Of a stretch of 64,000 nucleotides of DNA, positions 48,269 through 58,423 are shown in pieces. Numbering within the stretch: position 1 is the first letter of the stretch; the number at the start of each line of letters is the position of its first letter. This DNA comes from a virus: positions 1 to 64,000 of the IMG/VR virus record IMGVR_UViG_3300020159_001521. One strand, given 5' to 3'. The position numbers and the translations under genes are program-made. Under the pieces are notes generated by a model. The model saw only the letters and a list, made by a program, of their open reading frames with translations. It searched no databases and was not told where the DNA came from.

Positions 48269-48591
48269 GTGGAGGAAGATTTTCATACGACCAATACAAG
48301 ATAGGCTACATAGCTGATGCTATAGAGGATGAGATAGAGAAGAATGGTAGACCTAAGACTAGACAAGAGATTAAAGAAGAGACATGGCATAATGATGAAT
48401 GGTATCATAAGTATCCTGAAGACTTAAACCATTACAAGTATTCTGACGAGGTTATAGAGAAGTTTAAAGAGGGCGTTGAGCTTCTAAGGAAGGCACAGAT
48501 ATACGCCCACAGAATAGACTACCTATTGTCTTCAGACGATGGAGAGGAATCATTTCTTAGAAGATTAGAAGAAGATTTAAAAAAGCTATGA
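48265..48591 (+). CDS. Conserved phage hypothetical protein
   Basis: MSGGRFSY...AHRIDYLLSSDDGEESF. Confidence 0.7.
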   Translation: MSGGRFSYDQYKIGYIADAIEDEIEKNGRPKTRQEIKEETWHNDEWYHKYPEDLNHYKYSDEVIEKFKEGVELLRKAQIYAHRIDYLLSSDDGEESFLRRLEEDLKKL

Positions 48592-48896
48592 CAATATCAA
48601 AGAACATAACCAAGCTCAGAGAGGAGCATGGTATGACTAAACAGGAGTTCTGTGACTTAGTAGGCATCAATAGACGAACACTCGAACGTTGGGAGAAGGG
48701 AGATAGGAATCCTGACTTACGCAGTGTAAGAGCTATAATTGATAAGTTCTACATCACTGACGTGTACACGTTTCTCTTTGGTAAGAGATATGAGAAAGGT
48801 GCTAGACTAACAGATGTTAAGCCTGTAAAGCAAAAGGTTGCTAAAAAGGCTCCAACAGTGCATAAAACAATTCCTAAATTAATGTACATACCATGA
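48588..48896 (+). CDS. XRE-family HTH regulator
   Basis: LREEHGMTKQEFCDLVGINRRTLERWEKGDRNPD. Confidence 0.88.
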   Translation: MTISKNITKLREEHGMTKQEFCDLVGINRRTLERWEKGDRNPDLRSVRAIIDKFYITDVYTFLFGKRYEKGARLTDVKPVKQKVAKKAPTVHKTIPKLMYIP

Positions 48897-49255
48897 ACAG
48901 AGAATTAATCCTTAAGAAGTATCTAGAACGCATAGACAGGATAGCAGAAGATATTCCAGAGAAGACACATTTCACTCCTAAAGAGATAGTGAATATTATT
49001 GTCACCATCATTGAGCATGATTTTATGCCTATACACAAATATAATGGTGGTGTAGGTGCAACATTGTGTCATACATGTAGGAAAATCATCACTGTAGGAC
49101 TTACACAAGACATGTATTGTGATGACCATCTCCCTGTTCAAGAAGAGGAGGATGAAGAAGAAGAGGATTATAGAGTTTGTCCTTCTTGTGGAGGTAGTGG
49201 TGAAGGTCCAGCTGATGGCACTACGTGTTGGAGATGTAAAGGATCTGGCGAATAA
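48893..49255 (+). CDS. Zn-finger protein with DnaJ-type CxxCxGxG repeats
   Basis: CHTC; CPSCGGSG; CWRCKGSG. Confidence 0.65.
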   Translation: MNRELILKKYLERIDRIAEDIPEKTHFTPKEIVNIIVTIIEHDFMPIHKYNGGVGATLCHTCRKIITVGLTQDMYCDDHLPVQEEEDEEEEDYRVCPSCGGSGEGPADGTTCWRCKGSGE

Positions 49256-49343
49256 ATAATTTATTATGATGTATTTTATTATTATCTTGCTTCTCTTTGC
49301 GATAAATGAAAATGTAAGAAGGTCTTCTAAATAATCAAAATAT

Positions 49344-49508
49344 ATGAGAAGAATAGAACTGTTTAAAGAAGAGAACAATTTATATATTCTTCCTTCTATA
49401 AAGCTTTATTTTGACAAATACATTCATAATGGCAAATACAGATTTGTCTATCTTGAGTTTGCTTGGTTGAAATATGCAATAGGTGTAAGAATAATTGACA
49501 ACCCATGA
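49344..49508 (+). CDS. Small hypothetical protein (54 aa)
   Basis: MRRIELFKEENNLYILPSIKLYFD...LEFAWLKY. Confidence 0.5.
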   Translation: MRRIELFKEENNLYILPSIKLYFDKYIHNGKYRFVYLEFAWLKYAIGVRIIDNP

Positions 49509-49533
49509 ATATACTTATTTATGACAAAATAGA

Positions 49534-49565
49534 TTTGATAGTCTCAAATGTATAACATATCTTTG
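49534..49565 (+). promoter_or_regulatory. Bacteroidota sigma-A promoter for endonuclease/polB
   Basis: Consensus TTTG-N20-TATCTTTG. Confidence 0.85.
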
Positions 49566-49580
49566 TCTCAAATATGTAAT

Positions 49581-50210
49581 ATGAAAAGAGTTAACAATTT
49601 TAACGATAACTATTTTGAGACAATAGATACAGAAGATAAAGCCTATTTTCTAGGTTTATTATTTGCAGATGGAAATATTTATGTAAAACGTAATAGAGTT
49701 CAAATAACTTTGGCAAATGAGGATGCTTATATACTTCAAACTTTTGCTAATTGTATAGGATATAAAGGTAAGATGTATATTGATCGAGAAAAGTATAGCA
49801 AGTTAATATTACCAAGTAAAAAGATGTGTGAAGATTTAACTAACTTAGGATGTACACCTAATAAATCTTTAACTTTACAGTTCCCAACAGAGGTTCCAGA
49901 AGAGCTAATGCATCATTTCATTAGAGGATGTTTTGATGGTGATGGTCATATTAGTAAAGATAAAAAACTAGTAAATCCATATTACCATATAAACATTACT
50001 TCTAGCGAAGATTTTATAAAATCATTAAGAGATAAGTTAATAGAGAATGGAATCGTTCCTGCTGGAACATATAAAAGATATAAGTACAAAGAAGTTAGTG
50101 CACATACAATGATGGTAAAAAGTAAATCTGCAAAAGTTTTTCTAGATTATCTATACAAAGATGCCACTATCTTTTTAACACGAAAACATAAACTGCATGG
50201 AGAAATGTGA
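49581..50210 (+). mobile_element. Free-standing double-motif LAGLIDADG homing endonuclease
   Basis: AYFLGLLFADG and HHFIRGCFDGDG; overlaps the polB start; start placed at ATG 49581. Confidence 0.9.
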
Positions 50211-52170
50211 AAAGGTTATATGTTACGACATAGAAACAATGAAAGAGTTCTTTCTTGTTGTTGTCTACAATCCCCAGAAGGATTCTTATTATGAGTTTAG
50301 AATAAACAGGTGGAGAAATGACCTCGATAAATTTATCAGATTCACAGAGCAGCACAGTGACTTCTATTGGGTGGGTTACAACAATCTCAGATTTGACAGC
50401 CAAGTGGTTGAATGGATCCTCAGGAATTATGAAGAGTGGCACATTCTATCTAAACTGGATATATGTGCCAGAATAGCTCAGAAAGCTGCTGACATCATCC
50501 ATGATGCAAATTATGATGTGTTTCCTGATTATAGAGAATCTGATCTCAGTCTTAAACAAATAGACCTTTTCAGAATACACCACTTCGATAATAAGAACAG
50601 AAGAGTGAGCCTAAAAAGACTTGAGTTTGAGATGGATCTTGAGAACATTGAAGAGATGCCTGTTCATCATAGCAAGGAGAATCTAAATGGTGATGATATC
50701 AAAACTACAGTGGATTACTGTTATAATGATGTAGATGCCACTTATCAATTCTATCTTGTCACTATAGGTGAAACAGACCATCCTCTATACAAAGGAAACA
50801 ACCAAATAGAACTCAGGAAAGACATTGAGCAAGAATTTGATATTCCCTGTTTAAACTATTCAGACAGTAAGATTGGGGATGAGATGATTAAGAAGTATTA
50901 TTGTGAAGAGAAGGATATACAATATGCTGCTCTTCCCAAGAAAGGAACATTCTCTAAGGTGCCTGTAAAAAAGTGTATTGCTGATTATGTGACATTTCAA
51001 ACAGATGAGCTAAAGCAGTTCCTTGATAAGATTAAGAAGATAACGCTAGAAATCCAGGATGATTTTAAAGAGGAGATACATTTCTACGGTAATGCATATT
51101 CATTCATGAAAGGTGGATTACACACAGAAAACAAGCCTGAAGTGTTTGAAGCTGATGATGAATATGAAATAATAGATTGGGACGTATCGAGTTACTATCC
51201 TGCCATCATCATCAACAATGGTCGTTATCCAAGGCATTTGGGTAAAGAGTTTCTATCTGGATACAAACGTATGTTTGAGAAGAGATTGGAACTCAAGCCT
51301 TTAGCTAAGAAGGATAAGCGTATAAAAGGTATTGTAGGTGCTCTAAAGCTTGCTGTAAACTCTGTTTACGGTAAGAGCTCAGACATGCAAAACTGGATAT
51401 ATGATAGGCAATTGACAATGTTCACCACTATTACAGGTGAATTATCATTGATGATGCTTATTGAGGCTTATGAACTCAGGGGTATACATGTAATTAGTGC
51501 TAACACAGATGGTGTTACAATCATGATTAAGAAAGACTTGATCTCCACTATGCATGAAATTAATGAGTGGTGGATGAATCTGACAAAATATGAACTGGAA
51601 CGCACTGATTATCAGAAGATTATATTTAGCACAGTTAATGACTACTTAGCAATTAAAACAGATGGAGAAATTAAGAAGAAGGGAGATTTCCTCACAGATT
51701 TTGAGCTTCATAAAAACAAGTCTGCTCGCATTGTGCCTATTGCTCTTGAGGCTTATTATGTACATAATGTTCCTATTGATACTACTATCTGCAATCATAG
51801 TAATATCTTTGATTTTTGTTTACGACAAAAGTCTAGCAAAGATTTTCACTACGAAGGTTGGAACAGAGCAAGAGGAGAAAAAACCATCTACAACAAGCTA
51901 ATTAGGTATTATGTCAGTAATACAGGAGAGAAGCTTCTTAAGGTCAAGAACCCTGAATGTACAACAAATGCTGTTGATGTAGCACAAGTTGAGGCAGGTG
52001 AATGGGTTTGTACAGTTTGTAACTTCCTCAGTAAGAAAACAGATGTAGCTACAGCAGGAATTAACCATCAGTATTACATAGAGAAAGCTGAACGTATTAT
52101 ACATAAGATACAATATCAGGGTAAGAAACGTAAAGTGGTTGTAAATCCAAATCAACTAAGTCTGTTCTAA
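50197..52170 (+). CDS. polB: Family B DNA polymerase with 3'-5' exonuclease
   Basis: YDIET, GYNNLRFD, YCYNDV (exonuclease); DWDVSSYYP, KLAVNSVYGK, ANTDG (polymerase); terminal QLSLF. Confidence 0.93.
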   Translation: MEKCEKVICYDIETMKEFFLVVVYNPQKDSYYEFRINRWRNDLDKFIRFTEQHSDFYWVGYNNLRFDSQVVEWILRNYEEWHILSKLDICARIAQKAADIIHDANYDVFPDYRESDLSLKQIDLFRIHHFDNKNRRVSLKRLEFEMDLENIEEMPVHHSKENLNGDDIKTTVDYCYNDVDATYQFYLVTIGETDHPLYKGNNQIELRKDIEQEFDIPCLNYSDSKIGDEMIKKYYCEEKDIQYAALPKKGTFSKVPVKKCIADYVTFQTDELKQFLDKIKKITLEIQDDFKEEIHFYGNAYSFMKGGLHTENKPEVFEADDEYEIIDWDVSSYYPAIIINNGRYPRHLGKEFLSGYKRMFEKRLELKPLAKKDKRIKGIVGALKLAVNSVYGKSSDMQNWIYDRQLTMFTTITGELSLMMLIEAYELRGIHVISANTDGVTIMIKKDLISTMHEINEWWMNLTKYELERTDYQKIIFSTVNDYLAIKTDGEIKKKGDFLTDFELHKNKSARIVPIALEAYYVHNVPIDTTICNHSNIFDFCLRQKSSKDFHYEGWNRARGEKTIYNKLIRYYVSNTGEKLLKVKNPECTTNAVDVAQVEAGEWVCTVCNFLSKKTDVATAGINHQYYIEKAERIIHKIQYQGKKRKVVVNPNQLSLF

Positions 52171-52171
52171 C

Positions 52172-52203
52172 TTGTTATAAAAAGGACAAAATGCTTATAT
52201 TTG
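52172..52203 (+). promoter_or_regulatory. Bacteroidota sigma-A promoter
   Basis: TTG-N21-TATATTTG. Confidence 0.7.
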
Positions 52204-52221
52204 TTCTTTATAATACAAGTT

Positions 52222-52530
52222 ATGGAAAAAGTAAACAGAAAGAACCTTACAGAACATTTAGTTAGATATCAACTGGAAATGGTTGGTAGGACATGGGAAG
52301 ATGCTCTTGCTGATGAGCAATGGTATTATAACATCACCATGACAAAAGAACAATTCGATGAGTTCATGGTGTATGCGCTTCCTCTAGTTAAGAAAATACT
52401 GAAATGTAACAAGTCACGAGCTGAAAAAACATTAGCGTGGTTCAATTTACAATTTGGACTACGTATATACCCATGTCCTTTTGAGCTTAATTCAAAACCA
52501 ATAAATGATGTTGATAAGACGGACAGTTAG
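52222..52530 (+). CDS. Hypothetical protein
   Basis: ATG 52222; WFNLQFGLR. Confidence 0.65.
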   Translation: MEKVNRKNLTEHLVRYQLEMVGRTWEDALADEQWYYNITMTKEQFDEFMVYALPLVKKILKCNKSRAEKTLAWFNLQFGLRIYPCPFELNSKPINDVDKTDS

Positions 52531-52876
52531 AAAGATTAAGAATATTGTAAGATGGATCCCAATTCTCTGGCATGATGAGGATTGGGATTATTTTTACATC
52601 TATAATCTACTTCAGAACAAGTTGTTACATGTTAAGAAGCACATAGTAGAACAGAACAGTCATTTAGACAGCAAACATGTAGCATCTAGAATTCAGACAG
52701 CTATCGACCTGATAGACAAGGTTAAAACGGAATATTACATAGATGATTTTATTGAAAAAAGGGAAATAGGAAGTCTTAGAGATGAAGAGCTAATGAAAGC
52801 CTTCAGAAAGCATGACAAAGCTAAGAAAGTGTTATTTCAATTTTTAAGTCACAATCTCCACCACTGGTGGGAGTAA
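52505..52876 (+). CDS. Conserved phage hypothetical protein
   Basis: RWIPILWHDEDWDY...HHWWE. Confidence 0.7.
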   Translation: MMLIRRTVRKIKNIVRWIPILWHDEDWDYFYIYNLLQNKLLHVKKHIVEQNSHLDSKHVASRIQTAIDLIDKVKTEYYIDDFIEKREIGSLRDEELMKAFRKHDKAKKVLFQFLSHNLHHWWE

Positions 52877-52889
52877 AAAAACAAATTTT

Positions 52890-53444
52890 ATGGGAGCAAG
52901 TTGGTTTAGGACTCAGTCCACAGGTAAAGACATTAAAGATGCTTACAACAAAGCTGTAGAGCGTGCTGATGATGAATATGGTCATCAAGAAGGATATAGC
53001 GGACAGATTAACTGTTCTTCAGGATTTAGAGATGTTACAAAGGAGTTTAAAGCTAGCAAGAAGAGCATGTCTCAGTTCATGGATGAAGCTGCAGACAAGC
53101 TCAGTAAACATCAAGGAGCACAGGCTATTTGCATCGAGGAGCCTAAAGGTAATGACAACAAGGTGAAGAGTCAAGTGGAGCATGTTGTCACTCCTGGTAC
53201 AAAGAAGTGGGTTCTTACATACATTGTCTATTGTGGAAGTGATAGGATTGCTAGTGCTTTAACAAAAGGAGATGCTGTTAAACGTGCTCGTGATTATTCA
53301 GAGAAGCACCAGTGCACCACTTGGATTAAAATGGAAAGAAGGCTTGAAAAAGACGCTCATGCTCTTGTAGCTAAAGTGACATATAAGAAATCATCTACAG
53401 AAAAAGAGGGTAAGTGGATATTCTTTGGTTGGGCTTCATATTAA
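52890..53444 (+). CDS. Hypothetical protein
   Basis: EYGHQEGYSG...WIFFGWAS. Confidence 0.7.
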   Translation: MGASWFRTQSTGKDIKDAYNKAVERADDEYGHQEGYSGQINCSSGFRDVTKEFKASKKSMSQFMDEAADKLSKHQGAQAICIEEPKGNDNKVKSQVEHVVTPGTKKWVLTYIVYCGSDRIASALTKGDAVKRARDYSEKHQCTTWIKMERRLEKDAHALVAKVTYKKSSTEKEGKWIFFGWASY

Positions 53445-53552
53445 AAACTTTATCTATGATTTTTGAAGATTTTGAGAGGGAGCATATCAAAGAAATGATA
53501 TATTTGCAGGAGGAACAAGACATTATAGAAGCAGAAATTAAAGTGGTGACAA

Positions 53553-54179
53553 ATGAATTTGAAGATAACGTTCAAGAAATACGAGAAATTAGTCCAGCGA
53601 GGATTTACGTTGGATATGATTTTCCTCCTGAAGCTAATTCAAGAGGATTTCGATGTGTGCCTTCTTTGCTCAGAAACTCCAAAACTATCTCTACTCTGTC
53701 AAACGATTCTCAGGAAACAGCTAATCACTGAGAATTACAAACTCACAATAGAAGGCAAGGAACTCCTTGCCTTTTTTGACACTCCTACAAGAGAAACTAT
53801 TGTAAGGGTTAGACCTGCAGATGATTTGTTTGAAGCTTGGTGGAAACTCTATCCAGGCACTGACACATTCACACATGCTGGTGTAAGCTTTACAGGCTCT
53901 AGAGGACTAAGAGTGTACAAAGAGGAATGTAAGATTAAGTTTGACAAAATCCTTGGAGAAGGAGAACATACAGCTAATGATTTAATAGAAGCTTTGAATT
54001 TTGATGTACTGCAGAAGAAAGAGAACTCTGTCAAATTGAAGACAAATAAGATGACATATATGCAGAACTCTCTAACCTATCTGAACCAACGTACATTTGA
54101 ACCATTTATAGAATTAATTAAAGAAGGAGTTAAGATTGAACAACAATCTAGCGCTCCTTCAGGAGGTGTAGACATATGA
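53553..54179 (+). CDS. Replication initiator/helicase-loader-like protein
   Basis: FEAWWKLYP...YMQNSLTYLNQ; coupled to the DnaB-like gene. Confidence 0.6.
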   Translation: MNLKITFKKYEKLVQRGFTLDMIFLLKLIQEDFDVCLLCSETPKLSLLCQTILRKQLITENYKLTIEGKELLAFFDTPTRETIVRVRPADDLFEAWWKLYPGTDTFTHAGVSFTGSRGLRVYKEECKIKFDKILGEGEHTANDLIEALNFDVLQKKENSVKLKTNKMTYMQNSLTYLNQRTFEPFIELIKEGVKIEQQSSAPSGGVDI

Positions 54180-55237
54180 GTTTTGAACAACTGAGAGCTG
54201 AAGTGGAAGCTGGTCTTATTGAAGGGAACAATGGCATACCTATGGGATTTAATAGACTGAATAAATACATTGGTATCAGGAAGTCTATGTATTTTCTTGT
54301 GGGTGGTTTAACAGGCTCAGGTAAAACATCGTTTATTGATGATGCGTTTGTACTCAATCCTTTTGATTGGTATGTTACGCAGAAAGACCCAAAGGTTAAA
54401 CTGAAGATTATATATCGTTCTATGGAGCGTAGTAGGACGTATAAGCTTGCCAAATGGGTAAGTAGAAAAATCTTCCTTGACCATGGATATGTAATTCCTG
54501 TAAGCAAGCTATTGGGCTGGACAGAGAAAATGACAAGTGATGAACATGATATGTTCCTTATGTATGAAGATTACATAAATAGAATGAATGATGTAATTAC
54601 AATCATTGATGGCCCAGAGAATGCTGTAGGTATAGCCAAGGAATTACGAGCACATGCATTAAATAATGGGCGTATTGAGCAGATTGATGAATTTAATAAG
54701 CGCTACATTCCTAACAATGAGAATGAGGTGACAATTGTAATCATCGATCACATTGGTTTATTGAAGACAACAAAAGACCAATCTACTAAAAAGGAAGCTA
54801 TTGACAAGATGAGTGATGAACTCAGGTTTGCCAGAGATTTCTACGGGTACACTCCAGTGGTTGTTAGTCAGTTTAACAGATCCATATCTAACATTGTGAG
54901 ACTTAAGAATGGTGATGTAGAGCCTCAATTGGAAGATTTTGCAGAATCATCCAGCACACAAAATGATGCTGATGTTGTTCTTGCATTATTTGACCCTATG
55001 AGGTATAAGGTGGCAGACACTTCTGGATATGAACTAGAAAGACTTAGAGATCAATTTGGTGCTAAGTATTTTAGGAGCTTGAGGCTTATTAAGAATTCCT
55101 ATGGAGAAGATGATGTAAGGCTAGGTCTTGCGTTCTTTGGTTCTATAGGAATGTTCAAAGAGCTTCCTAAAAGGAAGGATATGACAGATGCGATTTATGA
55201 TTCGATTTTACAAAAGTCTTTTTTCTTAAACAAGTGA
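54176..55237 (+). CDS. dnaB: DnaB-like replicative helicase
   Basis: GLTGSGKT, SME, IIDHIGL, VSQFNR, QNDADVV, IKN. Confidence 0.88.
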   Translation: MSFEQLRAEVEAGLIEGNNGIPMGFNRLNKYIGIRKSMYFLVGGLTGSGKTSFIDDAFVLNPFDWYVTQKDPKVKLKIIYRSMERSRTYKLAKWVSRKIFLDHGYVIPVSKLLGWTEKMTSDEHDMFLMYEDYINRMNDVITIIDGPENAVGIAKELRAHALNNGRIEQIDEFNKRYIPNNENEVTIVIIDHIGLLKTTKDQSTKKEAIDKMSDELRFARDFYGYTPVVVSQFNRSISNIVRLKNGDVEPQLEDFAESSSTQNDADVVLALFDPMRYKVADTSGYELERLRDQFGAKYFRSLRLIKNSYGEDDVRLGLAFFGSIGMFKELPKRKDMTDAIYDSILQKSFFLNK

Positions 55238-55238
55238 C

Positions 55239-55427
55239 ATGAAAATTAAACTACTAACAACAAACACACTACCCAGCAATAGAGACAAGTTTTGGCAATT
55301 TGTAACAGTTCCTACAATAAGTGTATATAGGAGTTTCTGTAAAGAGAATCCATATACATCATTTATGTTTGAGCTGTTCTTTTGGTCATTTGTTGTCCTC
55401 ATTAGCAAAAACAACGGTGATGACTAA
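55239..55427 (+). CDS. Hypothetical protein
   Basis: Packed ORF. Confidence 0.5.
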   Translation: MKIKLLTTNTLPSNRDKFWQFVTVPTISVYRSFCKENPYTSFMFELFFWSFVVLISKNNGDD

Positions 55428-55668
55428 AAGCGAGTATATACACAGGAGAATAAACAATGACATAAACATTGTCTACGAGTATTATTTGGAAAAGTTTGAT
55501 AAGAACAGACATAAAGGGAACATATTAGGAATACAGGAATTCTTCATATATCTAAATATGTGGGGAGATATAAATCAGATATTTGAACGCATAAGGTCAC
55601 ATTACGACCAGAAGTTTAGTATTGTAATACTGTCTGATAAGAATAACAACATATTAGGATATTTATGA
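55420..55668 (+). CDS. Hypothetical protein
   Basis: Start placed at ATG 55420 (MTKSEYIHRR). Confidence 0.55.
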   Translation: MTKSEYIHRRINNDINIVYEYYLEKFDKNRHKGNILGIQEFFIYLNMWGDINQIFERIRSHYDQKFSIVILSDKNNNILGYL

Positions 55669-56744
55669 CACTAAGAGATAAAAGACAAGCTGAGTTTGCC
55701 AAACAATGGATTGATAAAGGTAAGTTTGGTATTCTCAATCTGTGTCCAAGGTTTGGTAAGATTCGCACTACAATTAACATCCTGAAGAAATATCGCAAAC
55801 ATGCTACAGTGTTGATAGCCTATCCAGATAACAAGATTAAAGACTCCTGGATAGCAGACTTTGAGACTATGGGATATAACAATCCTAACATCACATACAC
55901 AACACATCTGTCTATAAAGAAGTATACAGACTACCAGTTTGATCTTGTTGTTATTGATGAGATACATTTGTTATCAGAAGCTCAAATAGAAACTTGTAAG
56001 TTACTACTTGAGAGTAATAGGCAAGTGTTAGGATTGACAGGAACACTCTCTAGATCTACAGAATCTACATTGTACAATGAGCTCGATATGAAAGTGATGG
56101 CTTCCTATCCCATCGAGACAGCGATTAAAGAAGGTGTAATTGTTGATTATGAAATCACTGTTGTAAAGGTGCCTCTAGACAATGTTGTAGTTAATGACTA
56201 CAAGGGTAAGAAAAGAACAGAGAAGAAACAGTTTGACAGTTACGGATGGGTGATAGATCAATTGGAAAGACAGGGTAAGAGCACAATGTTCTTACGTCTG
56301 GCAAGAATGAGAATCATCCAGAACAGTCTTGCTAAATTAGAACGCACAAAGAGAATATTAGAAAACTTCAAGCATGAACGTATTCTTGTATTCTGTGGTG
56401 TAACTAAAATAGCTGACTCTTTAGGAATTTCTTCCTATCATAGTAAGTCAGGTGAGAAACAAATGTTTACAGACTTTGCATCAGGAGAAGGTAATCATAT
56501 GGCTGTAGTGAAGATTGGTAACACGGGTGTTACGTATAAACCACTTAACAAAGTGATTATCAATTATTTTGACAGTAATGGTGAAAACCTTGCTCAGAAG
56601 ATTAACAGATGTATGGCAATGGAGTATGATAATCCAGACAAGAAAGCAAACATTTACATCATTAGTAGTGATGAGGATGTAGAACTCAGATGGCTTAAAA
56701 AAGCATTAGAATTCTTTGATAAATCCAAAATTAAGTATATTTAA
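55665..56744 (+). CDS. Superfamily 2 (DExH) helicase-like protein
   Basis: CPRFGKIR, VIDEIH, LGLTGT, AQKINR. Confidence 0.85.
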   Translation: MTLRDKRQAEFAKQWIDKGKFGILNLCPRFGKIRTTINILKKYRKHATVLIAYPDNKIKDSWIADFETMGYNNPNITYTTHLSIKKYTDYQFDLVVIDEIHLLSEAQIETCKLLLESNRQVLGLTGTLSRSTESTLYNELDMKVMASYPIETAIKEGVIVDYEITVVKVPLDNVVVNDYKGKKRTEKKQFDSYGWVIDQLERQGKSTMFLRLARMRIIQNSLAKLERTKRILENFKHERILVFCGVTKIADSLGISSYHSKSGEKQMFTDFASGEGNHMAVVKIGNTGVTYKPLNKVIINYFDSNGENLAQKINRCMAMEYDNPDKKANIYIISSDEDVELRWLKKALEFFDKSKIKYI

Positions 56745-56794
56745 TTCAAAGAATTCTTCGTATCTTTATACACTAACTAAATCAATATTTGAAC

Positions 56795-57466
56795 ATGGCA
56801 AGCAAATTAATCGGGATTGTTGGTGCTACAGGAACTGGTAAATCAACCAGTGTTAAGCACTTAGATCCAAAAGAAACCTACATCATCAATGTAGCTAAGA
56901 AGGAACTCCCTTTCAAAGGCTCAGAGAAGTTGTATAACGCAGAAAACAGAAACTACAAGGAAGTGGATGATGCAAATGAAATCACCAGGCTCCTTAAGAC
57001 AATTTCAGAAAAAGCTCCTCACATCAAGAACATCATTATCGAGGACAGTAATTACATTATGGGCTTTAACATTGTATCTAAAGCTACAGAGGTGGGTTAC
57101 ACAAAGTTTAGCTTAATGGCTAAAGATATGGTGGAACTTATGAGAGAAGCTCGTAAACTCCGTGATGACATAAAAGTGTTCTATTTCTCACATCCTGAAA
57201 CTATTGAAGATGGTGGTGATATCATAGGATATAAAATTAAGACAGCTGGTAAGTTAATTGACAATCAAGTGTTGTTGGAAGGACTGTTGACAGTGTGTTT
57301 ATACACATATGTTGAAGAAAACAAAGATGGTTCTACAAGCTACAGTTTTGTGACTAACAGGTTCAAGAAGTTTCCTGCAAAGAGTCCAGATGGTATGTTT
57401 GATGAAATCAAGATTCCAAACGACCTGAGTTATGTATGTAAAAAGTTAGACGAATATTATAATTAA
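56795..57466 (+). CDS. AAA_24/Sak4-like ATPase (ssDNA annealing)
   Basis: GATGTGKST, IIIED, KIKTAGKLID, AKSPDGMF; upstream of SSB. Confidence 0.8.
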   Translation: MASKLIGIVGATGTGKSTSVKHLDPKETYIINVAKKELPFKGSEKLYNAENRNYKEVDDANEITRLLKTISEKAPHIKNIIIEDSNYIMGFNIVSKATEVGYTKFSLMAKDMVELMREARKLRDDIKVFYFSHPETIEDGGDIIGYKIKTAGKLIDNQVLLEGLLTVCLYTYVEENKDGSTSYSFVTNRFKKFPAKSPDGMFDEIKIPNDLSYVCKKLDEYYN

Positions 57467-57485
57467 TAATTAAAACAAGAAAACA

Positions 57486-58355
57486 ATGAGTAACATTGGC
57501 GGTAAAAAACGTGAAAGCGTACAACAGACAGATTATGCAAAGAAGGTGGGATTGTTTGAGGCTAAAGTGATAGCCATCAATCCTGATGCTGAAGAGTACA
57601 AAGAGACACTTGGTGTTGAACTTAAAGAAGACAGCAAGGCGCTTGAGTATCTTGGTGAAAGCAGAGATGGTAACAAAACTTTGAGAGTTGACTTCTGGTT
57701 AGAAGAATCTAAGAAGAAGGATAAGTTTAAAGTGACATTCTTCCTTGAGAACAAAGAGAAGGTTAATAAGGACGGTACAAAGAAACAATACATTAACAAT
57801 GTAGGAACTTGTTCTTGGGCTTCTGATGCTAATGACCTTCCTGAATGGTTTGCTAAGAGGGAATATCGTGTAGCATTCGTAGGAGAAGATGAGCTGTATA
57901 CATTCTTACAAACATGGTTGGGTAATCTTGACTATCGTGATGTAGAAACAACATTACAACTTGACTGGAAATCTCTTATGAAGGGAAATCTTAAAGACAT
58001 CAAATCTCAGATTGATGGAGAATATTCTGTAAACATACTTGCTCTTGCCACTGTTAAAAGTGTAGAGAAAGATGGTGAATTCAAAGAGTATCAGGGTGTT
58101 TACAATAAAGCATTCCTTCCTGCATATGAAATTAAGCAGTTTAGGCTTGTAGATTATTCGAAGTCTGATGTTATTACATCACTTAGGAACAAGAAGAGCA
58201 AAGATCTCAAACGTTATGAGAGGTTTGTTCTCAATGTTACAGGTGAATATGGTTGTAAAGATTTCTATGTTCTGAAGGACTTGAAAGAATACAGTGCAGA
58301 GGATAACATTGTTTCTTCTGATGCTGTTATTTCTGATGAGGATGCCTCCTACTAG
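57486..58355 (+). CDS. Single-stranded DNA-binding protein (crAss-like)
   Basis: Between Sak4-like ATPase and primase; VIAINP, RVDFWL; acidic-aromatic tail DEDASY. Confidence 0.6.
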   Translation: MSNIGGKKRESVQQTDYAKKVGLFEAKVIAINPDAEEYKETLGVELKEDSKALEYLGESRDGNKTLRVDFWLEESKKKDKFKVTFFLENKEKVNKDGTKKQYINNVGTCSWASDANDLPEWFAKREYRVAFVGEDELYTFLQTWLGNLDYRDVETTLQLDWKSLMKGNLKDIKSQIDGEYSVNILALATVKSVEKDGEFKEYQGVYNKAFLPAYEIKQFRLVDYSKSDVITSLRNKKSKDLKRYERFVLNVTGEYGCKDFYVLKDLKEYSAEDNIVSSDAVISDEDASY

Positions 58356-58374
58356 ATATTAAGACATGGTGTAT

Positions 58375-58416
58375 AAAAACCCCTGTTTGAAATATAGCAG
58401 GGGTTTTTTATATTTG
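58375..58416 (+). promoter_or_regulatory. Terminator hairpin overlapping a sigma-A promoter for primase
   Basis: AAAAACCCCTG..CAGGGGTTTTT overlaps TTTG(58386)-N19-TATATTTG(58409-58416). Confidence 0.7.
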
Positions 58417-58423
58417 TAACTCT

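Noticed and set aside
53414-53731. 105-aa ORF overlapping the replication initiator-like gene by 179 nt
   Set aside because: The acidic N-terminal part (MIFEDFERE...) may be a real small gene, but start and extent cannot be supported from sequence alone.
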